64,000 nucleotides of DNA from Octopus vulgaris. Taxonomy: Eukaryota. Position numbers and translations under genes: made by a program. This document shows, piece by piece, positions 37,155 to 49,878 of the stretch. Each line of letters opens with the position of its first letter. The first letter of the stretch is position 1. Below the pieces are notes generated by a model. The model was not told the origin of the DNA and made no database searches. It was given only the letters and a program-made list of their open reading frames with translations. The DNA lies in the NCBI GenBank assembly GCA_951406725.2, contig OX597815.1, forward strand, positions 93,000,001 to 93,064,000. The letters are read 5' to 3'.

Positions 37155-39870
37155 TCATCATCATCATTTAACGTCCATTGTCCCTGCTGGCATAGGTTGG
37201 ATGGTTTGACTGAGCTGGCACACTGGAAGGCTGCACTAGACTCCAGTCTGATTTGGCATGATTTTCTATGACTGGATGCCCTTCCTAACACCAACCACTC
37301 TGAGAGTGAAATGGGTGCTTTTACATGCCATCGGCATGGGTGCCATTTGCATGAAACCGGGGTATGTTTACATGCCAATTAGTGTGACACCAGTATCTGC
37401 CACGACTGCAATTTTGCTTGGCTTGATGGATCTTCTTCTCAAGCATGATATAATGCCAAAGGTCTTGGTCATTGCTTCCACAAGACCCAATACACGAAAG
37501 GAATACAGTCACTTCACCTCTGTGAGGCCTAATGTTCAAAAGATGTACTTTATGTGCCACTAGCATGGGTGCACTCGGGTTGATGGGTCCTCTCAAGCAC
37601 AGCACATTGCCAAAGGCCTCGGTCACCAGTCATTGCCTCTGCGAGGTTCAAAGTTTGACACTCATGTTCACCACCTCATCACATGTCTTTCTGGGTCTAC
37701 TTCTACCACAGGTTCCCTCCACAATTAGAGATCGGCATTTCTTTACACAGCTGTCCTTGTCCATACACACACAGTTGTCTCTCTTGCACGCCACATTTGA
37801 TTCCTCTTATGCCTAACTTTTCTCTCAAGATGCTTACACTCTGTTGAACATGCACACTGACATTGCACATCCAGTGAAGCATACTAGCTTCATTTCTTTC
37901 AAGCCTACGCATGTCCTTGGCTGTCATAGCCCATGTTTCACTCATGCAGCATAGCTGTTCACATACAGGCATCAAACAATTTGCCTTTCACTCTGAGAGA
38001 GAAGCCCTATGTTATCAGTCAAGGTAGGAGCTCTCTGAACTTTGCCCAACGTAATCTTATTCTCACAGCTATGCTCTTGGAGCATCCACCCCCACTACTA
38101 ACTTGGTCACCTAGATAACAGTAGCTATTTACTACCTCTAGCTTGCCCCCTGACAGTTGATGGAGTCTATTTTCTGCACATTTTCAGCATTTATTGTACC
38201 TGTCCACCTTTCACATACAAAAGTTAGTTTCCCTGTTAACCTTCCGCTGATGTTGCTGCACCTTTTATATGTCCAAAGCTTATACTGGGTGCATCTTATG
38301 GAATTTCTACCTACACCTTTTCAACAGACTGAGCAGGGCCATCTATCTGAAGGGATTTGTGATTTGTCTGCCTTCCTACTTACTAAGACTTTGATTTTTG
38401 CTAGATTAACTCTAAGGCCTTTTGATTCCAGACCTTACTTCCATACCTGGAATTTCTCTACTTCAGGTAGTAATTCGGCTATCAGAGCAAGGTCATCAGC
38501 CTAGAGGAGCTCCTACAAGCAGCCTATCTTAAATTCCTCTGTTATTGCCTGGGGGACTATGATGAATAAAAGTGGGCAGAAGACAAATCCTTGATGAACC
38601 CCTATTTGTACCCTGAATTCTTTGCTGTACTTGTTGCTTACCCTCACCTTACTGGTAGTGCCCCTGTATAAGGCTTGTACAGCTCTCACCAACCACTCGT
38701 CTATCCCTAGTTTCCACATTGACCACCAGATAAAGGATCAGGGGACCCTGTCAAAGGCTTTCTCCAAGTCAACAAAAGCCAAGTATAGAGGTTTATCTTT
38801 GGCTAGGTATTTCTCCTGCGATTGCCTTACCAGAAATATAGCATCAGTGGTGCTTCTACCTGGCACAAAACCAAACTGCATCTCATCTAGACTAACTCTC
38901 TCCCTAATTAGTTGGGTTATGACTCTCTCTGTAATTTTCATCAACTGATCCAATAATTTGATACCTCTGTAATTATTTCTATCTAAGGCATCACCTTTAC
39001 CTTTGTAGCAGTTGACTATGGTGCTGCTACACCAGTCATTGGGTATGACACCTTCATGAACCACCTGATTTATAATACAGGTAACTAGACCATACCCCAC
39101 ACTGCCAGATATTTTAAGCATCTCAGCGGTGATTCCTGATGGGTTGGGAATTTTCCCTGTCTTCATATCCTGAATTACTTTATCTACCAGGGTACTGTTG
39201 ATTCGGGTAGCTGGTCCCTCAATTAGGTCAACATTTAGCAGACTCCTATTCCCATTCATTCTCCACATTCTGCAGTCTTTCATAATGGCATCTCCAAGCC
39301 TCTTTCTTTGCAGAATCATTAAAAGCAAGTGCACCATCATCCATGTAAACACATTTCTTTCCTATGACATCACAATTTTCTCTCACATACTTCAGTTCTT
39401 TGGCCCTCATGATACTGAACATAGGCAAACTTCTTTTCTACATCTCCTTTGGCAAAATATACCTGTTTCCTAGCTTCCTTTCTGGCTATCTGATACAGCT
39501 CCCTGCTTCCCTCACTCTTCTGTTTCTTTGGTCTAATGGCCCTGTATACAGTACTGTATACCATGTTACCCTAGATCTGGAAGTGACTTTGCACCAATCA
39601 CAGGAATTTTCAGTTGCCCTCTATGTCCCAAGTTTGTAACTCTTCCTCCCTCCCATCAAATTTCACAATTAGGATGTCCCTAAATCTCTGACCATATGAA
39701 GGGCCCTTAAGCTTCCAAATCCTTCTTTTCCAGATTGGTCTGCTTCTTGGCATCCTTCTGGCCTGGAGTCTCAAGACACTAATGACTAGTCTATGCTGGA
39801 GGGTACGTTCTTCACCAGGGAGGGTCTTTATATCTAAGAGCAACCATGCAGCCTGCTGTTTGGTGAGAAT
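37155..39870 (-). mobile_element. Decayed RTE-clade LINE (end of APE, RT, 3' UTR, (GAT)n tail)
   Basis: Frameshifted pieces QHRLVI, NNYRGIKLLDQLMK, QFGFVPGRSTTDAIF, FVDLEKAFDRVP, GVHQG. YADD is mutated to stop-ADD at about 38500. The tail GGACGTTAAATGATGATGA is at about 37155. Confidence 0.9.
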
Positions 39871-40598
39871 CTCTTCTCTAATTAATTTACAAAAAAAATA
39901 ATTTCCTAAAATAGCCCGAACACATGCAGGTTGATATCTAGGGGAAAATGAGGGTACAGAGGAAATTCTAAAGGCATATGGTTCTGGAAAGCAAGGATTG
40001 AGCAAAGTGCTTAGTGCAGCTGAGACACAGCAGGGATGATAAGAGGAAGAGAAGTAGGTCAACAGATTGGCCTGGGCAGACATGGTTCACATCATCTACT
40101 TCAGAGCAGAAGTTATTATAGATGCAGCAGAAGAGATAAAGAGAACATAGAGAATGTTTGTGGACTGGTGGTTGTATTGTGTTGATGAATGAACTGGTTG
40201 GCCTTTTTAATGCACTCTTGGATATATGTGTGGCTGTCTTAATCAGCAGTAACATACCATGTACACAAACAGTAAGTACTCTAATGCAAGTGTCTTTTTG
40301 TAGAGGCTTACCAACAGACGCTAGGATGTATCAGTCATCATAAAACATTCCTGTTTGGATATTAAACAAACAAATCTTCAAAAGAGTGCAGTCAAAACCT
40401 CTCTCATTCATGTTATTTCATCTACAATAGAAAAATTCTAATCCAATGTAAATAGATTAATAATGGATTATATTCCTCTCATTCTCTCAAACAGTCTTCC
40501 AAGATCAATGTTTAAAGCAGATTAACAGAATGACAGTTTAATAATGTCAGCTCTGTAAATGTACAATGTAGAGCAATTTAAGACATCAAGACACCTAC

Positions 40599-40728
40599 TT
40601 TTGATGTTGATGATGGTAGTTTGCCATCTCGACCCAAACTCCTACTTTTCCGTTCCAAAGTATTTTTGCTGTCAGATTCTCTCTTCAAACTAGATTTACG
40701 TAACTTGAACATTTGCCATGATGTTTTT
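40599..40728 (-). CDS. Trio/Kalirin-like exon, SH3-Ig linker
   Basis: KKTSWQMFKLRKSSLKRESDSK...STSK resembles Trio KKSTSWHTALRLRKK. CTCCAG acceptor, GTAGGT donor, phase 2 to 0. Not in the ORF track; read manually. Confidence 0.9.
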
Positions 40729-41435
40729 CTGGAGAAGAATGAAAAAAAGAAAAACATAGCAATTTGACAAGGATTTTACATGTCATAAATATATATCACA
40801 TTAGTTTGTTTTTTTATGGGGGTTTTTAAGAGAAATTTAAAGAATAGAGATTCATAATAAAGATCAAGTTCATAAATATATATCTGTGTGTGTTTGTGTG
40901 CAAGTGCACGCACACACACATTCACATGCAAACATATATATAGAAGATGAAAAATAGAGGGGAATGCAAATGAAACTGGAAGTTAAAGACAGAGATTTGA
41001 CAAAAATTACTATAGTGATTAATGTTTGTTTTTAAGACAAGTTGTATAGATGTTAAATCTTTTATTTTTTAATTATTTTAGTCATTAAACTGTGGCCATA
41101 CTGGAGCACTGCCTTGAAGAATTTTTAGTTGAATGAATTGACCTCACTACTTTTTTTTTTTCATCTTGGTATTTATTCTATCAGTCACTTTTGCCAAACT
41201 ACTAAGTTATGGGGACACAAACACAGACACACACATACACATGATGAGCTTTTTTCAGTTTCTGTCTACCAAAATCCACTCACAAGGCTTTGGTTGGTTT
41301 GCCCAAGGTGTTATGCAATGGGACTGAACCTGGAACCATGTGGTCAGGCAACAAACTTCTTACGACACAGCCACACCTGTGCCTATATTAAATTGAAGGA
41401 TTACTTAATACTTTTTTTTATGGAATACATATTTA

Positions 41436-41565
41436 TTAACTTTTGCATGGGAAAGATTGATAGTGATTTTAATGTTTGAAGCTTGTCTGCCTTCATCAGA
41501 CTGTCTGATGAAGGTGAGCAAGTTGAAACTTTAAAATCAGTGTCAACTTTTCCTTATAAAATTTA
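41436..41565. repeat. Imperfect palindrome of two head-to-head Penelope-like hammerhead remnants
   Basis: Centre CCTTCATCAGA-CTG-TCTGATGAAGG. The arms stay complementary for about 60 bp. CTGATGA is at 41505 and GAAAC at 41525. Confidence 0.6.
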
Positions 41566-42550
41566 TATATATATATATATATATTACTGAGATGTAATGA
41601 TTTATCATCTTCAGTTCAGTTGGGTAGCTACTGTACTTCATTTACTGGGATTGTAAGTTCAAGCCTAGTCATATTCTTTTATTCTTTTACTCATTTCAGT
41701 CCTGCAGTTGTTGTCATGCTGGAGCAGCTCATTCCTCTGATATGAAAGTAAGTACAATGTATTAAGATTTGTTACAGTTTCATAAAAGTACTTGTAGCAT
41801 AGAGGAATATTACATTATTAGGTTATAGCTTCAATTGCATTCTATAGTAAAAGTGGTTCGTCTCTTGAAGTAAAGATCAAAAGTGATAACAACTCTCAAT
41901 GTAAAAGAGGCAAGTGTATAACAATGCAGTTTTTAAAAGTATTCTGGAGCACTTTATGCGGACTTTACATCATCACAAGAATGAAATGTTTCAAGACAAA
42001 TTCTATTTCAAGAGAAATTATGTATTTTATGGTTATCCACAAACTTGTATCAAATGTGTATTTCCATGAGTAGTGACAGTATATATAATTATAAATATAC
42101 ATATATTTACTGAACAAAAAGTAAAAAAAAAACCAAAAAACAAAAACAAAAAAAACAAACATTTGCTTGAGGCATTCAGAATTTAAATCCTTAATCTATT
42201 TCGATACCACAACATCAACACAGAGACTGATTGATTAGATAGATATATAGATAGACCAATCAAGTGACAAGCAGATAGATATACACACAGTAGTGTGTCA
42301 AAAACTGAAATTTCACAGATCAACAGACATAGGTTGATCAAGTAAGTATGAGACTAAAATAAGCAATGGGGTTGTTATGTAATTATCTAAATTTCATGGT
42401 GGTATCCAACAGTTCAATGACTGAAACCAGTAAAAAATAAGAAAAACAACATACACACAAATATAATTGTTATCATTGCTATAAACAAAAGTTTATAGCA
42501 CTGCTTAAATACTACCTTTAAGATAATATGTTAGCAGAGGTGTGTGTGTG

Positions 42551-42591
<41 letters not shown>

Positions 42592-42733
42592 AATATAAGA
42601 GAGTGGTCACTATATGGCTCACTCTAGCACCAGTTAATCCAAAAGGTTTCAACCACAAAAATACATGTTTCCCATGAAAGTCAGTACGATTGTTAGCTCA
42701 CACGGACAGGGCAAATAAAAAATAACAAAAATA

Positions 42734-42829
42734 CAGATTATTTTGGGACAATTGTTTCGCTATTAATGAATTAAATGTAATTTTACTTACAAAAAAATCC
42801 ACTTGTAGCTCGTCAGCCAAAACTATCTG
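42734..42829 (-). ncRNA. Type I hammerhead ribozyme, inverted copy, sense to the host pre-mRNA
   Basis: Reverse complement of 43561-43656 (GGGACAATTGTTTCGCTA...TAGCTCGTCAGCCAAAA on the + strand). Confidence 0.85.
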
Positions 42830-43560
42830 GATGAAATCCACTCAATCACACGCCAGATTTTACCATAACGATAAATACACGTGTGGTTCAATTGATTACA
42901 TCCGACGTTATAATTCAAATGCCCCAACTAACAGCGCGCCAAACTTTCACGGAAAACAAATACTGCATTTAGAAATAAATGCAGCATAATTATAATTAAT
43001 TAATAAGGGTGAGAGAATTAGATACTAATTTAATAGTATGTCTATTCAACACCAAGTGGCCTAGTGCTCCGAGAAACCTGGATAATTATAATATTTTATA
43101 ATATATTATAATATTTTTACAAAATAAATATAAGAGAGTGGTCACTATATGGCTCACTCTAGCACCAGTTAATCCAAAAGGTTTCAACCACAAAAATACA
43201 TGTTTCCCATGAAAGTCAGTACGATTGTGAGCCATATAGTGACCACTCTCTTATATTTATTTTGTAAAAATATTATAATTATAATATATTATAAAATATT
43301 ACAATTATCCAGGTTTCTCGGAGCACTAGGCCACTTGGTGTTGAATAGACATATTATTAAATTAGTATCTAATTCTCTCACCCTTATTAATTAATTATAA
43401 TTATGCTGCATTTATTTCTAAATGCAGTATTTGTTTTCCGTGAAAGTTTGGCGCGCTGTTAGTTGGGGCATTTGAATTATAACGTCGGATGTAATCAATT
43501 GAACCACACGTGTATTTATCGTTATGGTAAAATCTGGCGTGTGATTGAGTGGATTTCATC

Positions 43561-43656
43561 CAGATAGTTTTGGCTGACGAGCTACAAGTGGATTTTTTTG
43601 TAAGTAAAATTACATTTAATTCATTAATAGCGAAACAATTGTCCCAAAATAATCTG
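43561..43656 (+). ncRNA. Type I hammerhead ribozyme
   Basis: Stem I CAGATAGTTTTGG/CCAAAATAATCTG; core CTGACGA (43574-43580); stem II GCTA/TAGC; GAAA (43632-43635); minimal palindromic stem III CAATTG; GTC cleavage triplet with predicted cut after 43643. Confidence 0.85.
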
Positions 43657-43925
43657 TATTTTTGTTATTTTTTATTTGCCCTGTCCATGTGAGCTAACAA
43701 TCGTACTGACTTTCATGGGAAACATGTATTTTTGTGGTTGAAACCTTTTGGATTAACTGGTGCTAGAGTGAGCCATATAGTGACCACTCTCTTATATTTA
43801 TTTTGTAAAAATATTATAATATATTATAAAATATTATAATTATCCAGGTTTCTCGGAGCACTAGGCCACTTGGTGTTGAATAGACATACTATTAAATTAG
43901 TATTTAATTCTCTCACCCTTATTAA

Positions 43926-43961
<36 letters not shown>

Positions 43962-44048
43962 CTTGCTTATGGTAATCCATCAAACACACAACATACTGTA
44001 GACTTTTCCCTTCATTAGACATCATTACTGGTAAGCAAATATACTAAC

Positions 44049-44275
44049 TTGAGACTTCCACCTTCATCAACTGAGCCTAAGACAACTCCTGGAATCCATC
44101 CTTCAGCTGCTGGTGAAACCTCATTAGCTGCTCTGTGGACAAGAAACATATTATTTTGGTTTGTTGTTAAGATTTGAACTTTCTCTCCTTTGTTGACGGA
44201 GATTTCATCTTCCTTGATAGCACTGTAGTCAGCAATTACCCTGGCTAATGAATAGTTGCCACCATCACCACCACT
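44049..44275 (-). CDS. Trio/Kalirin-like exon, second SH3 domain
   Basis: SGGDGGNYSLARVIADYSAIKEDEISVNKGEKVQIL...SPAAEGWIPGVVLG matches the Trio/Kalirin SH3-2 motif. TTGCAG acceptor, GTTAGT donor, phase 0 to 2. Confidence 0.95.
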
Positions 44276-44623
44276 CTGCAAGTAAGTAAATATGAAATAT
44301 AAATTAAATAAATATGAAATGTATATCAAATAAATATGCAATATATATAAAAGTAGCTATACCATCTTGCACCATTAAATGCTCATACCATTTAACATCA
44401 TTATCATTAAGTGACCATACCACTGTACATCATTGAAGTAGCCAAACCACTGGAGTATCATTAAGTGTCCACCCTACTGGACATCAATAAGTAATCATAC
44501 CACTGTACATCATTATTACAAACTTAACTGAATCATTCCCACTCCATTGATTCACTGTGTGATACAAAATAGTAGATAGGGATCACTGTTGATGACCTCA
44601 GCATCTATGGGGTTCTATTCTTC

Positions 44624-44850
44624 TTAACCCTTTAGCATTCAGATTATTCTGTCTTAATGTAATGCTTATTTATTCACATTGTTTTGAATTGATCAGGCAC
44701 TATCTTGTAACTTTGAGATTTCAATGATGTGACTTTATTTTTAGACATTGTAGAATAGGTGCAAGAAGCTGGATCTGGCCAGTTTGAACATAAAACAGGT
44801 AGAATAGTTGGGCCAGATATGGCCAGTTTAAATTCTGAAATGCTAAACAA
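44624..44850. mobile_element. TTAA MITE family 2, opposite orientation
   Basis: Begins TTAACCCTTTAGCATTC. The interior is the reverse complement of 32149-32377. Confidence 0.75.
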
Positions 44851-45757
44851 TAAGCAAGATGTGGCTTCCAGTGGCAGGTAATAGAGGGAGGTGAAATACA
44901 GTGTTTAAGGTACCACATATGGTGTTCACAAACAGCTTGTGTATGCAAGGAAGGTGGTAGTAGAGAGTAGAGTAAGATTATAGTGAAATAGATGGTGACA
45001 TGATAGTGGTAGAGGTTACAGCTGAGAGATGCAGCATAGTGCAGCAGGAGACCTGACCATTTGTGCAAGCTTGATGAAATAATCATTAAAATAGTGGGGT
45101 ACTGCATGCATCCTCACCTACCTATTTCTGAATGCACATGTCCCTTCAGTCCATTGCCTATTCTATATCCCACTTCTCACATATCCACTGTACTTATTCT
45201 ATACTCTCTTATCTCTTTATCGTCTGTAACATGCCAGCTATCAGTGAGAGGAGAATACTCAGCCAGTGCATATTGAATATGCCCCTCTTCCTCCCTATAT
45301 CACCCATATCTTGCTACCCATCTTTCCTCAATCCAACCAAATTATGACCTTCGAATGGAGAGGGATTGAACGCTTGCAAAACTTTACCCAACCTCCTTGC
45401 ATCTTCTGTCATAACACTTTCTGGAAAATGTTACCTAAAGGATATGCTTTGGCTCCTTGCCATCATTATTTCAACTTTTCTTTATGCATCACTCTATCTA
45501 CCCATATATAACTTGGGGTAGCAATGCATTTCCTTCTACTCAACCTACTCCTCTACCCTTACCACTGTCTCTATCTCAATAATTTCCCTGGCACAACTAT
45601 TCTCATATTAACTACTTTCCTAATAATGCCTCTATTAGTCTTTCTCTTAACCTTTGCTCAACAATAAACCTGTGTGACTCCAATAAGACTCTCATCTTGA
45701 TGAACTGTGCAACCCATGCAAGCATGGAAAGCAGTTGTAAGAGGATAATGATGACCA

Positions 45758-45791
<34 letters not shown>

Positions 45792-46541
45792 TTCACACTA
45801 ATTCTAATATTACTCTTTCACTTTTTGCTGTCTCCTCTATTATTCACACACTCAACACTGTTCTCTGTTTCTCTCTTCAGAGTTCTCTTTCATCTCATAA
45901 GCTACCAGGTACACCGTGCTGGTGTTATGTAAAAAGTACCTGGTACATTCTGTAACTTGTTGGTTGTTCAACTCACTGATGGCAAGGTAACTTCTACAGT
46001 GTTGTCATTTTGAGAAAATGCACCCAACTCTGCAAATGTTATTGGTGTCAAGAAGGGCACCTGATGCAGAAACTTTGCCATTATTAGGATATGGTCCTCT
46101 GTCTACTTGGATCCTGTTGAGTTGGTCAACTCATGCCAGTATTGAAAATATTAAAAATTTCTATGATGATGATGGTGGTGGTGGTGCTGATGAAAGTATG
46201 ATGATAGAGGCATGATAGTGGCAAAGGTTACAGCTAACAGATGGAGACATGGTGGAGTAGAACGTAAGGTTATATAGATAGACTGATCAAGGGACCAATG
46301 CTTGAAATACTTGGGTAGCAATGTGGTTTATGGTAAATGTAGCACACTTATCAGAACTATGAAAGCAAAAATGTTTAGGTAAATATATCTCCAAAGATCA
46401 AATAGACAAATTTACAACCCCAACACCACCACCCATACGCATCTATTACCTGCATAGCTACCTCCTCACCACCATTCTAAACCGCTATTAACTCTACTAC
46501 ACCATTAATTGCAATTTAATCTGTTTCTTTAGATAATCATT

Positions 46542-46607
<66 letters not shown>

Positions 46608-49600
46608 GGAGATGGAGATGAGAAGGAAGTAGGAAGACAGTTAAGTGAAATTTAGTAAACGCTTAATCTCAGCTGAAATATCAAATGGTAAGTTTTGACA
46701 GGTCATGTCACAGGTTCAATACACTCCATCGTAACTGTTGGCAAACATCAGCAGAGATTTAACATCTACATTTCTTCTGACGAATGTTCTAGAAAAGAAC
46801 ATACCAGTGTTGTCTAAAACACTGGCAGAACTGGTGAAAGAATGATGGCAGCTGAGCTTGCTGGATAACAACTGATAACAATATGTGTGTATGTATAACT
46901 GCATGCACATACACACGTATATACATACAATGTGTTTTGATTTTTTTATCACAAACAGCATGTGTGTGACCACATGCATTCACTTTCACACAATCAGTGG
47001 TGAAAAACAAATGTGTATATAGGTGCATGTACATATGCACATACAAGTACACACATACACACACTATTAGTCATAAGAACAAAAAAAAAAAATGAAAAAA
47101 AAAAAAAAAAAACTTCTACCTATTCCTGTTACATACTTTCTCCTTAGTTTCTGTATAATTTTACTGTTAGTATGTCTGATATTTGGACAGAAATTTTATC
47201 AAGAAAGCCTCAGATTAAACCCCACCTTTCCAGAGGCATATTTGTGTGTATATACCTGAGTGAGCGAAAGTGTGTGTGTGTGTATGAGCGAGAAAGAGAG
47301 AGAGAGAAAAAGAGAGAGAGAGAGAGAGAGAGAAGAGAGATAGGAGAAAGAGAGAAGAGAGAGAGAGAAGAGAGAGAGAGGGAGAGAGAGGAGAGAGAGA
47401 GAGATACAAGCACTATACAATAAAGTACAGATATAAGGTGATCATCTCAGCAGCAATCTCAGCTTTTAAAAAGTTGATAGCTGAGTTACAATAAATATTC
47501 TAACTTCATACAGAAAATAGCAAAAGAAGACGTAATAAGGAAGGGAGGGTCGCCGCCACTGCCACCACCACTACTACTAAATATATAGCTGCTTCACATC
47601 ACTATGTATCAAAGAGTTCAGTGGAAAGAGGTGGTGGAACCAAGTTAATGATTTATCAAAGATAAATAAAAAGAAAAAAATTGGTTATAGAACAAGATAA
47701 TGATTTTTAACATAGGCACAAGGCTAAAATTTGGGGAGGATGGAGCTGTTGATTCCAGTATTTGACTGGTAGTTATTTTATTGACCCTAGAAAGATGAAA
47801 GGTAAAATTGATGTTGGAGGTATTTGAACACAGAACAGTGTTGGAACAAATAGCGCAAAACACTTTTTTTTTAACAATGTTCTTACGATCACTATTACAG
47901 AACAAAATAATAATAAAAGACACAAAATCAAAATATGATTGTACTTTTACTATGATATGAAGTCATATGAAATAACAAATTTAGAAATGTTGAGCTAACA
48001 TTTTGACATATAAGATACATTATAGTAAGAGAGATAGAAAGTATTATCTTTACAAAAAAAAAAAAAGAAAAATACTAAATTAAACTTTTTATTATTATAA
48101 CTTTGCTATTGAGCTGCAAATATTTAATGTCAATTGTATTCATTTAAGTGTTTTGCAATTATTCAGTACTGCCATAACCATTTAAGATTGTCTGTACAGA
48201 GCTTTAATAACTATCTTAAGATGCTTTTTGAAGGAGATAACACTGTTTCAAATAGGATTTTAAGAACTTTTGAAAAATAGTTAAAAATGCCACATGTCCA
48301 ACAGACTACACTATCAATTGTCTTTGTCAGTATGAAACCATAATCTTGGTCTTCTTTGCATTTTAAACGCATACATCTTGTTCCATGGCACAGTAGTATT
48401 TCTCACATTAAATGGATGTGCTCCTTTCATCATGTGACAGTGGTTTTAAGTGATTAAGGATATTGAAAGAGGAGGAAAATTGTCTGGAAAATCTGAGACT
48501 CTAGAAATTGAATGGTAGGTAACTTAATCTGTTGCTCACTTTAATACAACTACCTTTAGCAGGATCCATTCTGTTGAAAATATTCGGATCACATCTTTGG
48601 TTTGAGGATAACTTCCTCCCACCAATAAAAGAAAAAAACAAACAAACAAACAAACAAAAAACCCTGAAACGGTGCATGGACACTGATCTTCTTCCCCTGA
48701 GTAAGTTTTGTAATTTACTAACAGTGGGGCTTCATCGCATAGACAAAAGATTGATTTGAATGTTAGAAAATTGTGATTAAAATACTTATTATCATTCTTG
48801 ATAGTTCTTTGGTGTGTGTTGAGGTTACTAAATTGTAGGTTTGTAAAGTAACTCTACAAGAGTATTGCTGTAGCTGGTCATGTTATTGTTAAATTGTAGG
48901 TGCATGTATAGTAACTCTAGATGGCATGGTGGCAGGGTTGATAAAATATCAGGTAAGATATCTTACTGCATTTGTTCTGGCTCTAGGCACTTTGAGTTCA
49001 AATACCACTGAGGTCAACTCTTTCATCCTTATATGGCCATATAGTACTGTGAGAAGGGCTGTGAGTACCACTAACAGCATTCTATTCTCCAAGGACTGCA
49101 TGAAGGGCTAGCAATTACTTCTCATACAATGACTGATATGCTACCAAAACTATCCAAGGATGGCATGATATGCAATATGGCACAAAAGAGAAATTAAGAA
49201 TTACGAAATAGTGTAACTCTCGCTGCAGTAGCAATAGCTGACCAGGTCAGCTTGTTGAATTGTTTGTGTGATGAATGCAGCTAGCCAAGTTAAATTATAG
49301 GTTCATGTGCCTACAGTAACTAGGTGTAGGAAATTTGGTAGTTATTGCTATCATACTGGTTTCAAATTTTGGGACAAGGCCAGCAATTTCAGGGGTACCT
49401 ATTTTATCGACACCAAAAAGATAAAAGGCAAAGTTGACCTCGGTGGAATTTGAACTCAGAATGTAAAGAAGGATGAAATGCCACTAAGCATTTTGCCCAG
49501 TGTGCTAACAATTCAGCCAGCTCATTGCCTCTTGTTACTGCTGTCATATTAAGTGACTGTATAGCAGCTCTCTCCCTAGTTAACTAGTAAGGTTTTGTAG

Positions 49601-49878
49601 TTTGTTTGTCTCTGCTGTGGCCACTAATATGGCTTTCAGATACAACTGTTGGGTAGTAGAGAAAATACAACATACTCATACTGTCACACTGCAGTTCATA
49701 CAATAAATCACTGCATGTCAGAGCACAGTTTTGGTCTTCTGCTAGACAAAGGCATGTAATATCTAGGGTGCTAGATCTGTGGATTGCACCCAAATTTTCA
49801 ACTAGGTACCAATATAAACATGACTAACCAGAAATGATATAAGAAGAAAAAGCAGAAGACTGAAACAAGCAAACTTAC

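Larger units (their letters stand above)
42586..43931. mobile_element. Hammerhead-containing retrozyme/Penelope-like insertion: 535-bp unit in partial-tandem plus inverted arrangement, embedded in (TA)n
   Basis: The direct repeat starts at 42586 and 43121 (period 535). 42586-43157 is the reverse complement of 43227-43804, and 43805-43931 repeats again. (TA)n lies on both sides. No long ORF. Confidence 0.85.

Noticed and set aside
46716-46875. CTGACGA followed by two small hairpins; also a possible minus-strand cassette or terminal exon
   Set aside because: No GAAA directly after the first stem and no NUH/stem III, so it is not a hammerhead. As an internal exon its phases do not fit, and there is no homology support.
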